A DNA stretch of 52,560 nt, the filler included, from Bipalium vagum (taxonomy: Eukaryota), in assembly GCA_037834085.1 (NCBI GenBank). It is 3 parts of 3 records of this genome, joined end to end, with 100 filler letters (N's around TTAATTAATTAA, not from the genome) between each part and the next. Parts side by side here need not be neighbours in the genome. Positions count along the whole stretch, not along the records: positions 1 to 19,911 come from JBBMKC010261539.1; positions 20,012 to 35,649 come from JBBMKC010154295.1; 1 more part is not named here. One strand, 5' to 3'. A program made the translations under genes and the position numbers. The notes beneath the pieces are model-generated. The model was given only the letters and a program-made list of their open reading frames with translations. It searched no databases and was not told the origin of the DNA. Positions 10,911-25,100 of this stretch are shown here, piece after piece. Each line of letters starts with the position of its first letter. Position 1 is the stretch's first letter.

Positions 10911-13175
10911 ATTAAAGATTATTAAAAATTACAGTAGAGTTCGGTTAATCCAAATCAATGAAAACTGAAGAATTTTCTACAGAATATGCGAATACTAGAT
11001 TATACAAACTTGGTGGTTACACAAAACTCATAAAATGTCACCATTAATTTAAATAGTATTTTGTAAATCAACATTACAATATAACAACTCATTAAAAGAT
11101 ATTAATATTTGTTAAAATATGAATTGATTTTTGATTGCTTTTGTCCTTTAATAATATTTTTTTCAACATCAATAATCAGACCACTATATTGTTGTACATA
11201 TTTATCATTGTTTCTGTTGTTATTACTATTATTTTTTTTCCTGCTGCTCTATAATTATTACTTTATATTTTCAATATTCTTGATATTTTTTATATTTATT
11301 TACTATTACTATAATTGTAATCCTTAATTTTTCTCACTCTTTCTTTCTCATAATTTCCTTCCTCTCTCGTTTGATAATTTTTCAGGGCATATAACAGATA
11401 GACGGAGGAGACTAAAATGAAAAGAATACCAAAATAAAAATAAGAGTTTCATGAAATCAACGAAGAAGGTACTATAAAATGCACATTTTTCTCGAATGAG
11501 GTGTTTTTCATATATAATTTTTTATTATCACTTAAAAAGTTTATTATGAAAAATAAAATTTTTAAAAAAATTGGCAATATTAGTGTTGGGTTAACAAAGC
11601 GCTCATTCCTTTTGAACCTTTTTAAAAATCCTTTTAAAAAATAGCTGTTGGAGATCGCAAAGAGGTCTAGAATATCTATAATTATTATAAATAATTAGTA
11701 AGACCACAAAAGGATCGGAAATGAAATAATAATAATAATAAATTACAACCTACAAAGTTAATTGAAAGGATATTGATAATAAAAAAGTAATTTATTATTT
11801 TCCAAAAAAGATTTTATCTTGATAACGGTGAAGCCAAATTGCCAAGATTAGACCAGAGTCCACAAGGAGGGATCGATTTGGAATTAATGATCTAAAAAGG
11901 GAATTGGTATTCAACATTAATAAAACTGGCCTACGAATGATTATTCGTCTGATCAGAATAATATAAAAGGAGTTGGAATCCGCAGTGGATTAATGCAAAA
12001 ATCTCTGTAGAAATCGTATCCAAAGTTTATACGAAATTGCTTTAGAAGAAAATTATACATAGTAAACAATTATTTATGCCGTCAATTATGCGACAAGACA
12101 TTACGATGAGTTCTGGGCTGTTGGGGTCATCAAAAGACTCTTTGAACCTGTCGTCTACGGGATCTTTGAGAGTTATTAAAATTTTAAAAATTAACATTTA
12201 ATTAAGTTTATTATTTGATATTTTATTGAAATTTTGATTTAACAAATATTATTTGATAAATTAATTGTTATTATTCGTTTTTTGATTTTGTAGCGTTTTT
12301 GAGACATTTGAAGTTTAAGATTGAGTGATCACCATTCTAATTGATATAATAGAAATAAAGTTATTCGTAGTTGTTTTGATTCATTCATTTGCGAATACGT
12401 TTTGATATTGGGAAGGGGTCAGTAAAGTTTACAAGTGAACAGTTACGTAAAGGTTTCATAGTAATCTAATAGTCTTACATTAGAGATGTCGTTATTACAA
12501 GGAGAGTATATAAAGATTTTACTGTGCATAATATTTTCATTTCTAATTAGTTTCATCTTCCTATTAAATTACATAGATCTACAAGAAGGAAATTGACAAC
12601 TAAATCGATGATTGACTGTATTATTTATAATAAATAATGTTTTTTATATTTAACTGTAGAAATGATACATGAAATCTTGTTAGAAACATTCGTAGAAGTG
12701 GTTGACTTATATTAAAATAAACAAGAAGATAAAAGAAAATAAAGATAAGTTTAGTATCCTATTTGGTTTCAAATGACTAAAATTAAATATATAAATTAAT
12801 CTGAAAATATTTTTGTTGAAATCTAAATAAAAATTTTTGATCAAATGATTTAAAAATAATATTTTTTTGAAAACAATGAAAATCTTTATATTTTGAATAA
12901 AGTTTAGGTAATTGCTATCTTTTATAATAATATTGACTTTGTTTATGTTAAGTAATGAGCAGTATAATTTTATATAATTATAATTGTTTAATTTTGATTT
13001 AATTTATATTTATATATATACTATTAATAATTTTTAATTGTACTATATTTGAATTCTAATTGTATAAAACAATATCAACAATTACAATCTTTGTTACTGA
13101 ATTAATTTAATATTAAAATTTTATCATATTTTAAAATAATTCATTTGTTCAGTTTTATAGAAATTAGGTACCAAT

Positions 13176-16100
13176 ATGCCTTTTGGTAAAATATCACTTA
13201 CGCATGATTATACCAAACTTGTTTTGCAAGTAAACGGAAAGCTGTCAGTGTTGTTTAATAAGAGAAAGAAAGAGAAATTAGCGATAGTTAATCCATTTAT
13301 ATATGTTTGGAACATTCCTTGGTATCATTGGGTTAAGGTAAATTTATTAACAAATCACTATATTTGCTTGTATAATAAATTTTAGATGTGCTTGCTTACA
13401 ATATTTTTACTGCCAATTAGAATTTTATTTTTCACAATATTTTTCTTAATATCTTTTTCTGTCAGCTACATTGCAACTGTTTCTCAAGATTCTAGTACAC
13501 CAATGAAGGGTTGGCGCAAGTATGTTTCGAATTTATTTTAAATACTACATGTAAAACATCAGTAATTTTCTATCAATGAGTTAGACTTCATTTTATAAAT
13601 TAAATTAAAACATCGATTCATCGGGATGTGTCAAAGTGCGATGAATACAATTTAATTAATAAAGTTAATTATGAAAATAAATAAATATTTTAATTAATCT
13701 AAATAATCTTTTTTTTTGATCAATCATTCATCATATTCTCTAAAGTAACAGAACAAAGTGATTTTTTAAAATTATTTTGCAACTGACATGGGGTTTTTAT
13801 GGAGATGTTTTATGAAGTCTCCGCAACTCTTCAATTTCTTTTCACGCTTTCTAGTTTTAGATAATTATTCGGTTATAATGAAATTAATTTCAAAAGTAGG
13901 AATAAAGACAACACATTATTTAGAGTAATAAAAATTAAATATTTTTAACCCATTTCATTCCATAAGCTCGTTTGGGGATGTCTCTTTAGAGTGAAGTTTA
14001 CACTTTATTTGAAGATTTTACGAAATATAAATTAATTTAAATCATTGCAGAGACATTTTAATTTCGCATTGATAGACTCTTACTTTGCATTTTTTTTCTA
14101 AATGTCATCTCAACTTTTTAAAATTTTTATGAAACTTACAAATAGTCTTAGTCAGTTCTATACCAACTATTATACACTAAGTAAATCAATTTTCTTTGCT
14201 TTTTAAATTCTGGAATGAAATAGGTTAATGTAACTTATATGATAAGAAATGTAACTTATTTGGTGCTGTTTACTTCTGATTCTTTTTATAATTATATAAA
14301 ACATTGTTTATAATTGTTTCAATGTTTTAATACAGAGTTTATTACACGAGAAGTACAAAATTTCGGGTTTTGAGAAGACACAATGGGTTATTCTGTTATA
14401 CAATTTAAAATGTCACGTTGATTCCTGAAGAGCATGAGTATAGTTTAAAACATTTCGAAATTCTGTCAACTGTAAACGAATTGCACATATTGTATTGAAT
14501 GTATTGATTCTACAATAAATCTATCACTTATTAATATCTAAATTTCTGTCATTAATTTTTTTAAAAAGAAAAGTAATAATTTTATTTTAGAAATTTATTT
14601 AATCAAGATATATTAAAAATAATTTTTTTCAAAAATTATTATCAAAAAATATAACTTTAATCTTTATTTATTTTCATAATATTTCAAAATTTTAAAATTA
14701 ATTAAAATTTTTTTCAATGCATTTTTTTGATATTATATTTATTATTATGTTAATAAATAAAAAAATTCACTTAAATAAATTAAAAAAGTTTTAGACAAAT
14801 GGGTGCTTGAAAGTTTTCTTATATTGATAAATGATTTTAGAATCGATTAAAAAATATTCTTATCTATATTAACGTCTTTCAATTACACAACTTATATAAT
14901 AAATTACATTTGATATTATATTAAAAATATTATGTTAAATGTGAATATATTTGAACTTTTATAAAAAAGTAACTGATTGAAACCAAAATTTTATAAATCT
15001 TAAACCAGGGTCTTATTTCAAATATCATTTGAAATAACTGAAAACAGGGTAAATTAAGCAAAATGACACTTAAAGTAAAGTGAAGAAAAAAGTTTTATTT
15101 TATTTATGGTTATATTATTATTATTATTAATTATTATTATTAATTATTATTATTATCAATTAAATAGTAATATATTATTAATAATAATAATTACATATTA
15201 ATATAAATATGTATTTGTATCTGATAATGTCTAATTTTCTTTATTATTTAGAAATAAAAAAAATTATTCTAGTAAAAATATTTCCATCATTAATCCACAC
15301 GATTAAAATAATTTAGTTTAATAATTTTAATTTAGTTTTTTGTAAAACGAAAAGAAATTATTAAAAATTTTAATCATTATTATAGAAAATTGTTTCTACA
15401 TTATAATAGTATTAAAATTGTTTCTTTTCATTAGTAACAGAAATAATTATTTATAAATACTTTGATGTGTAAACCGCTGTACTGTTTCTTTTTTCTTTAA
15501 TTATAAATAATAATTAATTGATGTTTAAATTAAAACAGCTGTATAAAATTTAATTACACGGGGATCTAGAATAATCTCCCCAAATTACAACAAAATCTTC
15601 TGAATATAAGAACTTTAGAATTGGTATTTTATATTCAAAATAGTTTTTGTGGTTAATTTTTGTTTTCTAATTTTTAATTTTTTCCTTTCTTTATTTTTAC
15701 CTTTTTCTGAATGATTTATATATTTTTGTTTTATTTTAGAATTTTGATAAATGAAATAGTTTTCTTTAAGTTTTCACATATTTTTTCTCTTATTTCTGTA
15801 GAAAAATAATGCTACCTGTTTTTATTGTGTCAGCAAGAGCAGCTTTCTTTTTCGCTGGTTTTCACTGGATCAGCACTAAAGGTCGCCGATGTGGTCGAGA
15901 CATAATCCCGATTTTAGTGATAGCTCCACATTCGGCTTTTCTTGATGCGCTTATTGTTGTTTATCTTGGGATGAATTCTGTGGTTGGGAAATCAGAAACG
16001 GCGAATTCGTCAATGGGGTGTAAGTGTTTGCTATGGAATTAATTACAGAGAGTGAACAAAGTAAATCAATCAAATATTTATTTTCAGTTATTTTGTTTCT

Positions 16101-17249
16101 TTCAGAAAATTATTTTCTCAGAATTGTAAGAATTGTAAATTATATTTTTTGTATTTTAATCTAATTACTGAAAAAAAATATTTCAATTTATTTTTTTCTG
16201 AAATTTTTTCTGAGAAATTTTTCTAAAAATATTGTATTTTACACGATTTTCTTATAAAATTGATGATGTTGAAGAAGCAAACATTGAAATAAATATTTAT
16301 ACAATATATTCAAAACGGGGAAATGAAGATTTTCAGTAGTCTTGGAGATATAAAGAAAATACAATAAACGTTAGAGAAACTGGAAATATTGTGTGTATTT
16401 ATGAAAGAAAGATTCTTTAAAAAATTAAGATTGAGTTTAGAGTTGATTTCGTACTTTGATTTTAGATTTTCAATTTTTATAATTAAAGTCAATTTGACTT
16501 TCTAATTTTTTTTTCATTTGTTTGAAAAATAATGTTTATTTAAAAAAACAAGACATTTATCGATTTTTCATTGTATTTTATTTAATTAATATTATTAGTG
16601 ACTTTGTTAAAACAATTAGTGAAAAAATCTTTTTCTTCTATCGCCATAATAAAAGGCTACTTGAATGGATTGGCTTTTTCTCCTTTATTGGGCAATGTGT
16701 TTTTGTATGTCTGTAGACTCATAGAATTTTTCTTTCCATCATAAATTATTTGTAATTAATATTATTTAATCTTTTTTCTCATTTTTTTATTAAAATAAAC
16801 TTTCTCGGTTATTTATATTGTACATTTCAATGAAAAAGAAATTCATCGAAAATTGTTAATTTTTGTTTTTCAATTTTCAAAAAGTAAAACTGTTTTAATC
16901 AATTTTATAATTATAAAATTTGTTGACTTGTAGCAATTTGGAATTTTGTTATTAGGCTTTTTAAAGATGACCCAACCTGTCCTGGTCAATCGAGATAACC
17001 CAGACTCGCGTCAGAAAACTATAGATGAAATATATCGACGCTGTTCTCTGGAAGAGAATTGGCCGCAAATGCTTATTTTTCCAGAAGGCACTTGTACCAA
17101 TAAATCGAGCCTTATTAATTTTAAAAACGGTTTGTATTTTCACTGGCCATTTTAACAGACATTTGAAGCATTATTGTTCAATAAATATAGGCGCTTTTAT
17201 GACTGGCTTGCCAGTTCAACCAGTTATATTGCGATGGCCCAATACTGTA
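13176..17249 (+). CDS. Lysophosphatidylcholine acyltransferase (LPCAT1/2-like), 5' part; 3' exons absent before the contig join
   Basis: Exons 13176-13337, 13386-13519, 15802-16019, 16956-17129, 17191-17249 with GT-AG introns and matching phases. Motifs: N-terminal NPF, TM segment ending PMKGWRK, motif I APHSAFLD (HX4D), QPVLVNRDNPDSR, motif III IFPEGTCTN, FKNGAF..GLPVQPVILRWPN. The start codon is less certain than the internal exons. Confidence 0.92.
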
Positions 17250-17436
17250 GTGAGTTCGATTTAGTTTTATTGTTGTCTGCTCATGAATTATTCAAAAATA
17301 CCATCAATTGATTTTCAACAATAGATTTATTATATTTCTTCTAATTATTAAAAATATTATCAATTGTTAAAAAAACTTTGCCACATTCAAATTAAAAGCT
17401 AACCTTTGATTCTTAGAAACAACAATAATTATGATG

Positions 17437-18552
17437 TATGAAGTCGTTTCATAAATTATGTCGTTTATTTTTTACTAACACTTCAAAATTAATGAAGAAA
17501 GATAAAAAAGATTTTTTCTCATTAAAATAGCCTCTTTCGTTTTCAATGAGATGTCTCCATCTACAAACAAGATTTTCTATTCCTGATTTATGAAATCCTA
17601 CGGTTTTATAATTGAAAACGTAATTGAGATGCTTTTGAGCATCTTCAAAGAAACAAAATCTTTTTCCTTTTAGGTCTTGCATCGATCTGAAAAGATGGTA
17701 ATTAGAAGGTTTAACATCAGGGTTGTGCGATGTGTGTGGACGGATGCTATTTGCGAATACTGGAAATTTCTTGTTGACTTTATCGTGGAGACGGGTAATT
17801 TGATTCCAATAGAGTTGCTCGGTGACATTCTTGTTAGCTTGTAACATAATGGATAACACCATTCATTCCTTTTTTTCTTCTAAAATTGAACTAGACTGTT
17901 GAAACTGCGCCTTGGCCACAAAAAACTTTTTGTCTTTTCCGTATGAAACCCATTTCTCATCCCATTTAACAATCTGATACAAAACTGAATGTTTCTAATG
18001 TCTGGAAGACAGTGATTAGGAGACTGTTAGTTGCACACATTTTTGGAAATTTTTCAATTGAAGAACTCAATTTTTGGCTTTGTAAGTCGCTAGAAATCCA
18101 CCTAATGATGGTATATTGTCACAGAATTCAGGTCCAATATAATCTCCATCTCATTCAACATTTTCTATAAATCTTCAATTAATTACCCTATAAAGTCCTC
18201 ATTAAAAGAACGTTCATTAAAAATATATTTCTTTCTATAAATCTTAAAAATCAACGTTGTTCAGACCTGCAGTATTTAAATATGAACTGTATTAATGATG
18301 GATACTGCTTCTATAGTATTTTTTAATTTACAGAATTTTTGAAGAATGCAATTTTGAACATGGTCATGTGGGTCGATCATTAATCATATTGACACAAACT
18401 GTATGATCGTCTTTACATTTTCGCATAATTAAATAAAAAATATGAAAAATTGAAACAAATTGAATTGATTTCATTAATTTTAATACATACTTATATTTTT
18501 CTTTATTTATATATGTTAATGAAAAACCAAAAAACTTATGAAAAACCTAATA
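17437..18552 (-). mobile_element. Decayed mariner with internal deletions, in an LPCAT intron
   Basis: ORF 17449-17862 has RPHT..PDVKPSNYHLFRSMQ..FHKSGIENLVCRWRHLIENERGYF; degenerate TIR-like ends at about 17437 and 18525-18552. Confidence 0.8.
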
Positions 18553-19911
18553 TTATTGAAATTAATTTTAATTGTGTGTTCGTGTTTTATTCTCAGAACA
18601 ATAAAGAGTCTGGTTAAGAAGTTATTTGAAAAAAAAGTTTAAAATATATTTTTATTAAATTAATAAAAGTATCAATAAGTTATAAACAAATGAATATTTT
18701 CTATATATAAAAAATTAATCAATAAATCGTATTAAGTTCCACGTAGTATATGATCATATTCGATTATAATATTGATAAGAAATTGTGACAGATTTTTATA
18801 TTTTAAATTTTTAGACTTATTTTAGTACTACAGGTATATGTGAAGATTATTGTAAACAAAATTCTAAGATTCAGCAATCAAAATAAAACGAACTTTGTGT
18901 TTGCGTGTGTGTGATTTTTTATTTTCTGAAGAAATATTGAAAATTATTTTCTAAATATTGATTGGATAAAATAAAATAAATTTTTTATTATGTGTATACA
19001 TTGTAAAAACGAAGAAAAAGAGAAAAGTCTTAATCAAACAAAATTTATTTTTATATTTTTCATTCTTTGAAAAAGGAAGGAAAATAATGATTAACAGTTG
19101 ACATCTTGGAAATTCTGATAAGTATGACATAATCTAAAGAATCGTTTTAGTCTTTATTGGTTACAGATTTTATACTTTAGAAATTCTAGTCACTTCTGTG
19201 GATCATTTCTTGTTTTGTGTCTGTTGTTATAATGGTCCTAATTGATTATAAACAATGTTTAATGAGTCTTATCTGAGTCGTCAGCAGATAAAATCAGAAA
19301 ATTAATTATAAATAAATAAATTTCGAATCATAAAGTTAATTTCCCTTGACTTTATCTAAACTTATCATAACAAAAATAATGATATTGGTTTGCTTAACAT
19401 CATTTATTGGAAAAATAATTATGAAAAATAAAAAATAAATCTTTTTTCTGATTTTATTTTCAAATATTCGTAAACTTCGAATAATAATAATAATAGAATA
19501 AAATAGAATATTGTGAAAATGTATACAAATTCTTACACATGTAACATAAAATGTATGTGCGGTCTATATGTTGATTTTCTTAGTGTTTTAAAATTTTCTG
19601 CTTTATTTTTCACAAATATTTTAAAACACAAATCTTTTTTAATGTTATTGTAATTCATGATTAGACACTGTTTTTTTTAGATTCATTTACGAAATATTAT
19701 TCCTGGTCTTTAACTAGTTCATATATTTACATTTCACATCGAAAAATTGTTTTTAATAAGCTAATGTATTTGTAATTATTAATTGATTTATGATAAAATG
19801 ATTCATTATACAAATAAATAGAATATAAAGAACTTTCAAAATATTATTTCAAAATTAAATACTTTTATCCCGCTAGATAATTTTAGAGATTTAATTTATG
19901 TTATATTAAAA

Positions 19912-20011
19912 NNNNNNNNNNNNNNNNNNNNNNNNNNNNNNNNNNNNNNNNNNNNTTAATTAATTAANNNNNNNNNNNNNNNNNNNNNNNNNNNNNNNNN
20001 NNNNNNNNNNN
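19912..20011. other. Artificial contig-joining spacer
   Basis: 44 N + TTAATTAATTAA (19956-19967, stops in all six frames) + 44 N = exactly 100 bp; identical to 35650-35749. Confidence 0.9.

Positions 20012-20085
<74 letters not shown>
20012..20085. repeat. (TAA)n microsatellite at contig start
   Basis: Perfect run of about 24 units directly after the spacer. Confidence 0.95.
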
Positions 20086-20087
<2 letters not shown>

Positions 20088-20737
20088 GCTAAAATATATG
20101 AAAATTCGATGTTATTATTTTAATATCTATAATTGTAAAGATAACATCTTCAGATTTTGATTAGTGAAAATAAATCTTAAAAATATTCCTGTGTGAATTT
20201 AATAATTGAAATTTCAAATCGTCGAAGTATCATATAATGTTTCCTTTTAATAAGTCAAAAACAATAATAATGAAAAAGGAATATTAATAATTATTGTTAC
20301 GAGAACATTTTGAATGATATGTAAGAAAACAAAAAACGACGAAGAATTTAGATTTTTACGAATAAGTTTTTTTTTCCATTTTTGTTTTAATGAGAATGAT
20401 TGTATTCTAATTAAATGTAATTGATAATTATATTATTAAGATAAACAAATTAAAAGAGAGTAATGTATATTTAGATCAATAATTCTCTGTATATTTAAAT
20501 TTTTTAAAATGTTTTTGTTGATTCCATAAAAATATAAATTTTTTTATTTAAAAACATTTTTATAATAAACATTCAACAATTTAAATAGAAAATTTTTAAT
20601 TAACTTTACGTTTTTTATTTTCTTTAATAAAAAAATATTTTTTCCTTGGAACAAATAATCATATTTAATAAAAATTTGTTCCAAAACCTTTGCAAAAGTT
20701 AAGAGGAATTAAATTTTTTCATAAAATTCAATAATCA

Positions 20738-21697
20738 TTTAAACATCAATTTTTATGTTGTCTCCGTCAAAATAGTTCCCATCAGATATGATGCATTTGT
20801 TCCACCTTTTATTCCAGTCTTCAAAGCAGATTTAGATTTTGGTATGTCATTTAGTTCTCTCAACGATTTTGCTTTTATTTCTTCAATTGTTTCAAAACAC
20901 TTTCCTATCATTGCTTTTTTTCATCTTTGGGAAGAGAAAAAAGTCACAGGAGGCCAATTCTGGTGAATAGGGTGGTTGCTGAATCAATGTCGTGTTATTT
21001 TTAGATAGAAAATTCTTAACAAGCAAACTAGTGTAAGCTACTGCATTATTGTGGAGTTTTAATGGATTTTCTTTCCATAAATCTGTTCGTTTCTTACGAA
21101 ACGCTTCGCGTAGTCGATGTAGCATTCTCAATTAATACTCCTTATTAACTGTAGCACCTGGAGGCAAAAACTCACGGTACATGACACCATGATAATCGAA
21201 TAGTCTTGGTTCATTTGGAAGCTTCCCATGAGATGACTGAGTTTTTATTTCAGTATCATAATCATAAACCCACGTTTTGTTGCCTGTTATGATACTTTTA
21301 AGCAAGGTTGGCTCGTGAGCAGCAAGGTTTGTAATTTCTTGGTCAACTGTTTTACGACTGATTTTTCCTCAAAAGTTAGCAACAAATTTCGCAGCAACTC
21401 GCCGCAAGCCAAACAATTGCTGAAATTTTCTTCACATGAACTATAAGATATACCAACCTCCCTGATTATAATTCGTCGGTTTTCAATTTTTCTCTTCCCT
21501 TCTTCCACGTTTTCATCGTTAATTGAAGTTTTTGGTCTTCCAACTCTTTCATCATCTTCAAAGCGTTTATACCATTTGTAAATCGCTCGTTCATTCATAC
21601 TTGATTCGCAAAATGACTTCTGCATCATTTTCACAACTTCAGAACAATTTAATTAATTCCTTATGCAAAACTTTATTCATTTTCTTTGTTCTTGCAT
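20738..21697 (-). pseudogene. Mariner transposase pseudogene (irritans-like)
   Basis: ORFs 21287-21634 (IYKWYKRF..GRPKTS) and 20892-21131 (RLREAFRKKR..QPPYSPELASCDFFLFPKMK); IITGNKTWVY; ends GNYFDGD; many indels. TIRs not resolved. Confidence 0.85.
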
Positions 21698-22109
21698 TTT
21701 GAAAAATTGAAATTCACAAAATATACTGTTAAACCACTTTTGAAATGACTGCTATACCTAAAATGAACATTAAGTAAAGTGAATAATTTAAACAAAGGTC
21801 AATAAACGAATAATAAATATGTTAACATTAGCGCTTTAATTTTTTAATTATTTTTTTTCACTGTAATTGATAGCACTTTCAGATCTTCATGTTCTACAGA
21901 TTTTTTATGACGTTCTTGAAGGTTCTATGTATAAGTAAAAGCACAATTTTTATATAGTTTTCGTAATTAGGCAATGATCTTTTATATGTTGAAAACATAG
22001 CAACCATTGATTTTATTTTCACTATTACTTGTAATTTATTGTTCATCTATGGTGAATCGCTGGTTTTTTATTTTATGTTTATGGTATTTATGATACAACA
22101 ATAATGTAG

Positions 22110-25100
22110 GAAGTAGAATTGGTCGACAGCCAAATGCCGTGAAGCATCACTGTGCTTTGGAAATCACAAACCACGAGAATATGAATCCCGAGAACGGGAA
22201 CCATTTCATGACATATTCACAAGCGACTTATCCATCTATTGAAAGCAGCAACTCTTATTCCACAATTGATGACAATCAAGAATTCCCAATTAGCGTTCCA
22301 TGTACACCAAGCGGCCCAGACTTGACATTTACTTATTCCTTATTCTTGGACGATATTTCACAGGCATTCTTCATTAAAGCTATAGACGCTATAAATATAT
22401 TACAAAAACCTATAACAGTGAGTTCTTTTTATTCTATATGTTAGTTACATTCTATAACATGGGTAAATATATATTCTTAATCATTTTAAAATCAAATCTC
22501 CATTTTTGCTTAATCAAATCCAAAATATGTGATAATCTGAGCATATATTTTAAAAATTTTGATTGGCCAGAATATTTAAATAAATTTCATTGGCTAAAAC
22601 AATTTTTTTAATTTACAATTTTTTAATTCAATTATGTGATCCGACTGATTATTGTGATGGTTTTACGAATATTCTCAGACTTCTTAAAGGATATTATATA
22701 TATATATATATATGTAATATTATATGATTGTTATTATTTACTAATTTCTACATTAGAGTTAATTAAATAATTTAATTAAGACAGTTTATACCAATGCAAT
22801 GACAGACCTTTATTATAGTTAAATTTTAGCAAAAAATAATGTTATTTTGTAATTTTAATTTTGAAAATAGAAATTTATTATTACCACTTGTCACGGACTC
22901 AGTGTTTTTTATTAAAAAATCGTAGACAATATTTTGTTTTAATTATTAAAACTGAAAATCGTCAAAAAAATAACACCTGATTAATGTAGGAGACCGAAAG
23001 CTTGTCCAGTATTAATCGAACTCCATTACATCCTAAACAATCTCTAATTGAAGTGTGGAATGGAATGATGAGACATTTCGATCTCCATACGCGAATTTTG
23101 GTATTCTTTGCAAAGAAAATACCCGGCTTCAACAGCTTGTCGCTTTCTGACAAGAGAACACTGGTTCAAGACGCCATGTATTCAATAATGTTGCTCAATT
23201 TATCCAAAGACTATCATGACGATGACGAAGAATCTTTTAATTACTTTGACTTTGCCAAAAACGAATATAAAGCCATATTGGTTCACTTTCCACAGATGAA
23301 ACAAATATTAGCCCATGTTATCGAAATAAGTAAAATCATTTTCAAGCTAAAGGTTAATAAACTTCAACTTGGACTTCTTTGTCTTCTTGAGCTCTGTAAA
23401 AGTGAGTATTATTTTTTATTATTTTTAATAAATTTAAAATTTTTTTGATGTGGGAAAATCTTTAGGGCTTTCAATTTAATGATGATGATGATGATGATAT
23501 TTAGTAAAAGTTTAAACAAAATTAATTTATCATTTAACCATTTTTTGCAGTACATTTTATTTATTAATATTCTTATGTCATTATTTTTATTTTATTAAAT
23601 AATAATAGAAAATTTATGACTAGTGATAATTTATTTTTTTTTATAAAATATTGATTATATTTATTATTTTCACTATTTTATTATACTTTTTTATTAAATT
23701 TTTTGTTTTATTTTAACTATTTTGATTATTGATTGAGTTAAAATTATTTCTGGATATCACATTTATAAAGAGTGAATAAAAATCTGAAACGTCTTTTAAT
23801 TCTTCATTTTTTATAATTACAGTTGGAAAAATATTATTAAGAAATTGAAGCAGAAATTTTTAATTTTGCACATTTATAAAAATTACCATTATTAATTTTT
23901 TTTCTTATAAATATATTGATTATTTTTTTATTTTATTAAAATTAGCGGATTAATATCCCACTACTTTGTAAATGCATATTTTAATCAATTATCTCATTTG
24001 CAATATTTATATATTCAATTTGGTTTCGTTATTTTATTTACATTTTATATGTAATTAAATAATAATATCCCACGTTTTGCGCGTGTCATTTATTAAAATA
24101 ATATTTTTAATTATTTGTGTATACGTCATATGAATTATTATTTGTATTAAACATGAAATGATATTGAAAATAACCCTGTGCATGCTTGTATTTACCAGGT
24201 TGAAAATAATAAGAAAATTATGTGATAATATAATTAATTTATAATTATTTTTATCTTATCAATCGTAAAATAGGCAAAATAATTATTTTGTTTAAAACCG
24301 TGTTTAAAAATATACTTTGATTTCTTAGGAAAGATATCTGCATAATGTATTAATAATATTTATTTAAACAAAAATTTTAATTAAAATCATAAATTTTATT
24401 GCAAGTTAATTTATTTAAGAATAAGAAAAAAATATTTTTACCCAAAATATTATGGGGATGCATAAGTTCACATCGCTGTTTATGTGGAATTTAAGTAATT
24501 TTAATAAAAATATAACATCTAAAAATTTTCTTTAAGTAAGTCAATATTGATTATATTTAAAACATTAATTTGATAATTAATTTACGTTAACCCCTAATAG
24601 ATAATAAATTTACAATTATTGTCTAAAGATAACAAAAGCAACTCGAAATTATTTATTTCAATCTAGGCAAAAATCAATGAAACCTTCGTTATGTTTTTTG
24701 CTTAAAATTTCAAAATTCATTGAGTTAGAATTAATTTATTTGTTTAAATCTATTAATTTTGACAATTGTTTTAAACTTGCTTACGTAATGAAGATTTTTA
24801 TAAATTTTTTATTGTTAGTTTCAGTACTCTTAAGTTTTTTTATTTTTTGATATTTATAACAATTTATAATTTTTTTGTTTATCATTTTTTAAATTTATAA
24901 AAATAAGATATTTTGAAAAAAACACTTAAATTATTTTAAAAATTAAAATTTCAATGTTTAAATCGTAAAATGCACACAGTTATATTCCCGTGCTACCATT
25001 TGCATTAATATAAGGATAAGGCCAAAATGTAAAGAATATATATTTTAATGTAATTGCGATTTTTCAAACTTCAAAAATGTGTCTCATCGATTTTTCTTTT

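Noticed and set aside
11800-12170. Possible LINE reverse-transcriptase tail
   Set aside because: Only a vague RL...GG..L resemblance, with stops in all frames.
19956-19967. TTAATTAATTAA palindrome as a biological motif or CRISPR-like repeat
   Set aside because: It is centred in exactly 44+44 N in both instances and is a standard six-frame-stop linker.
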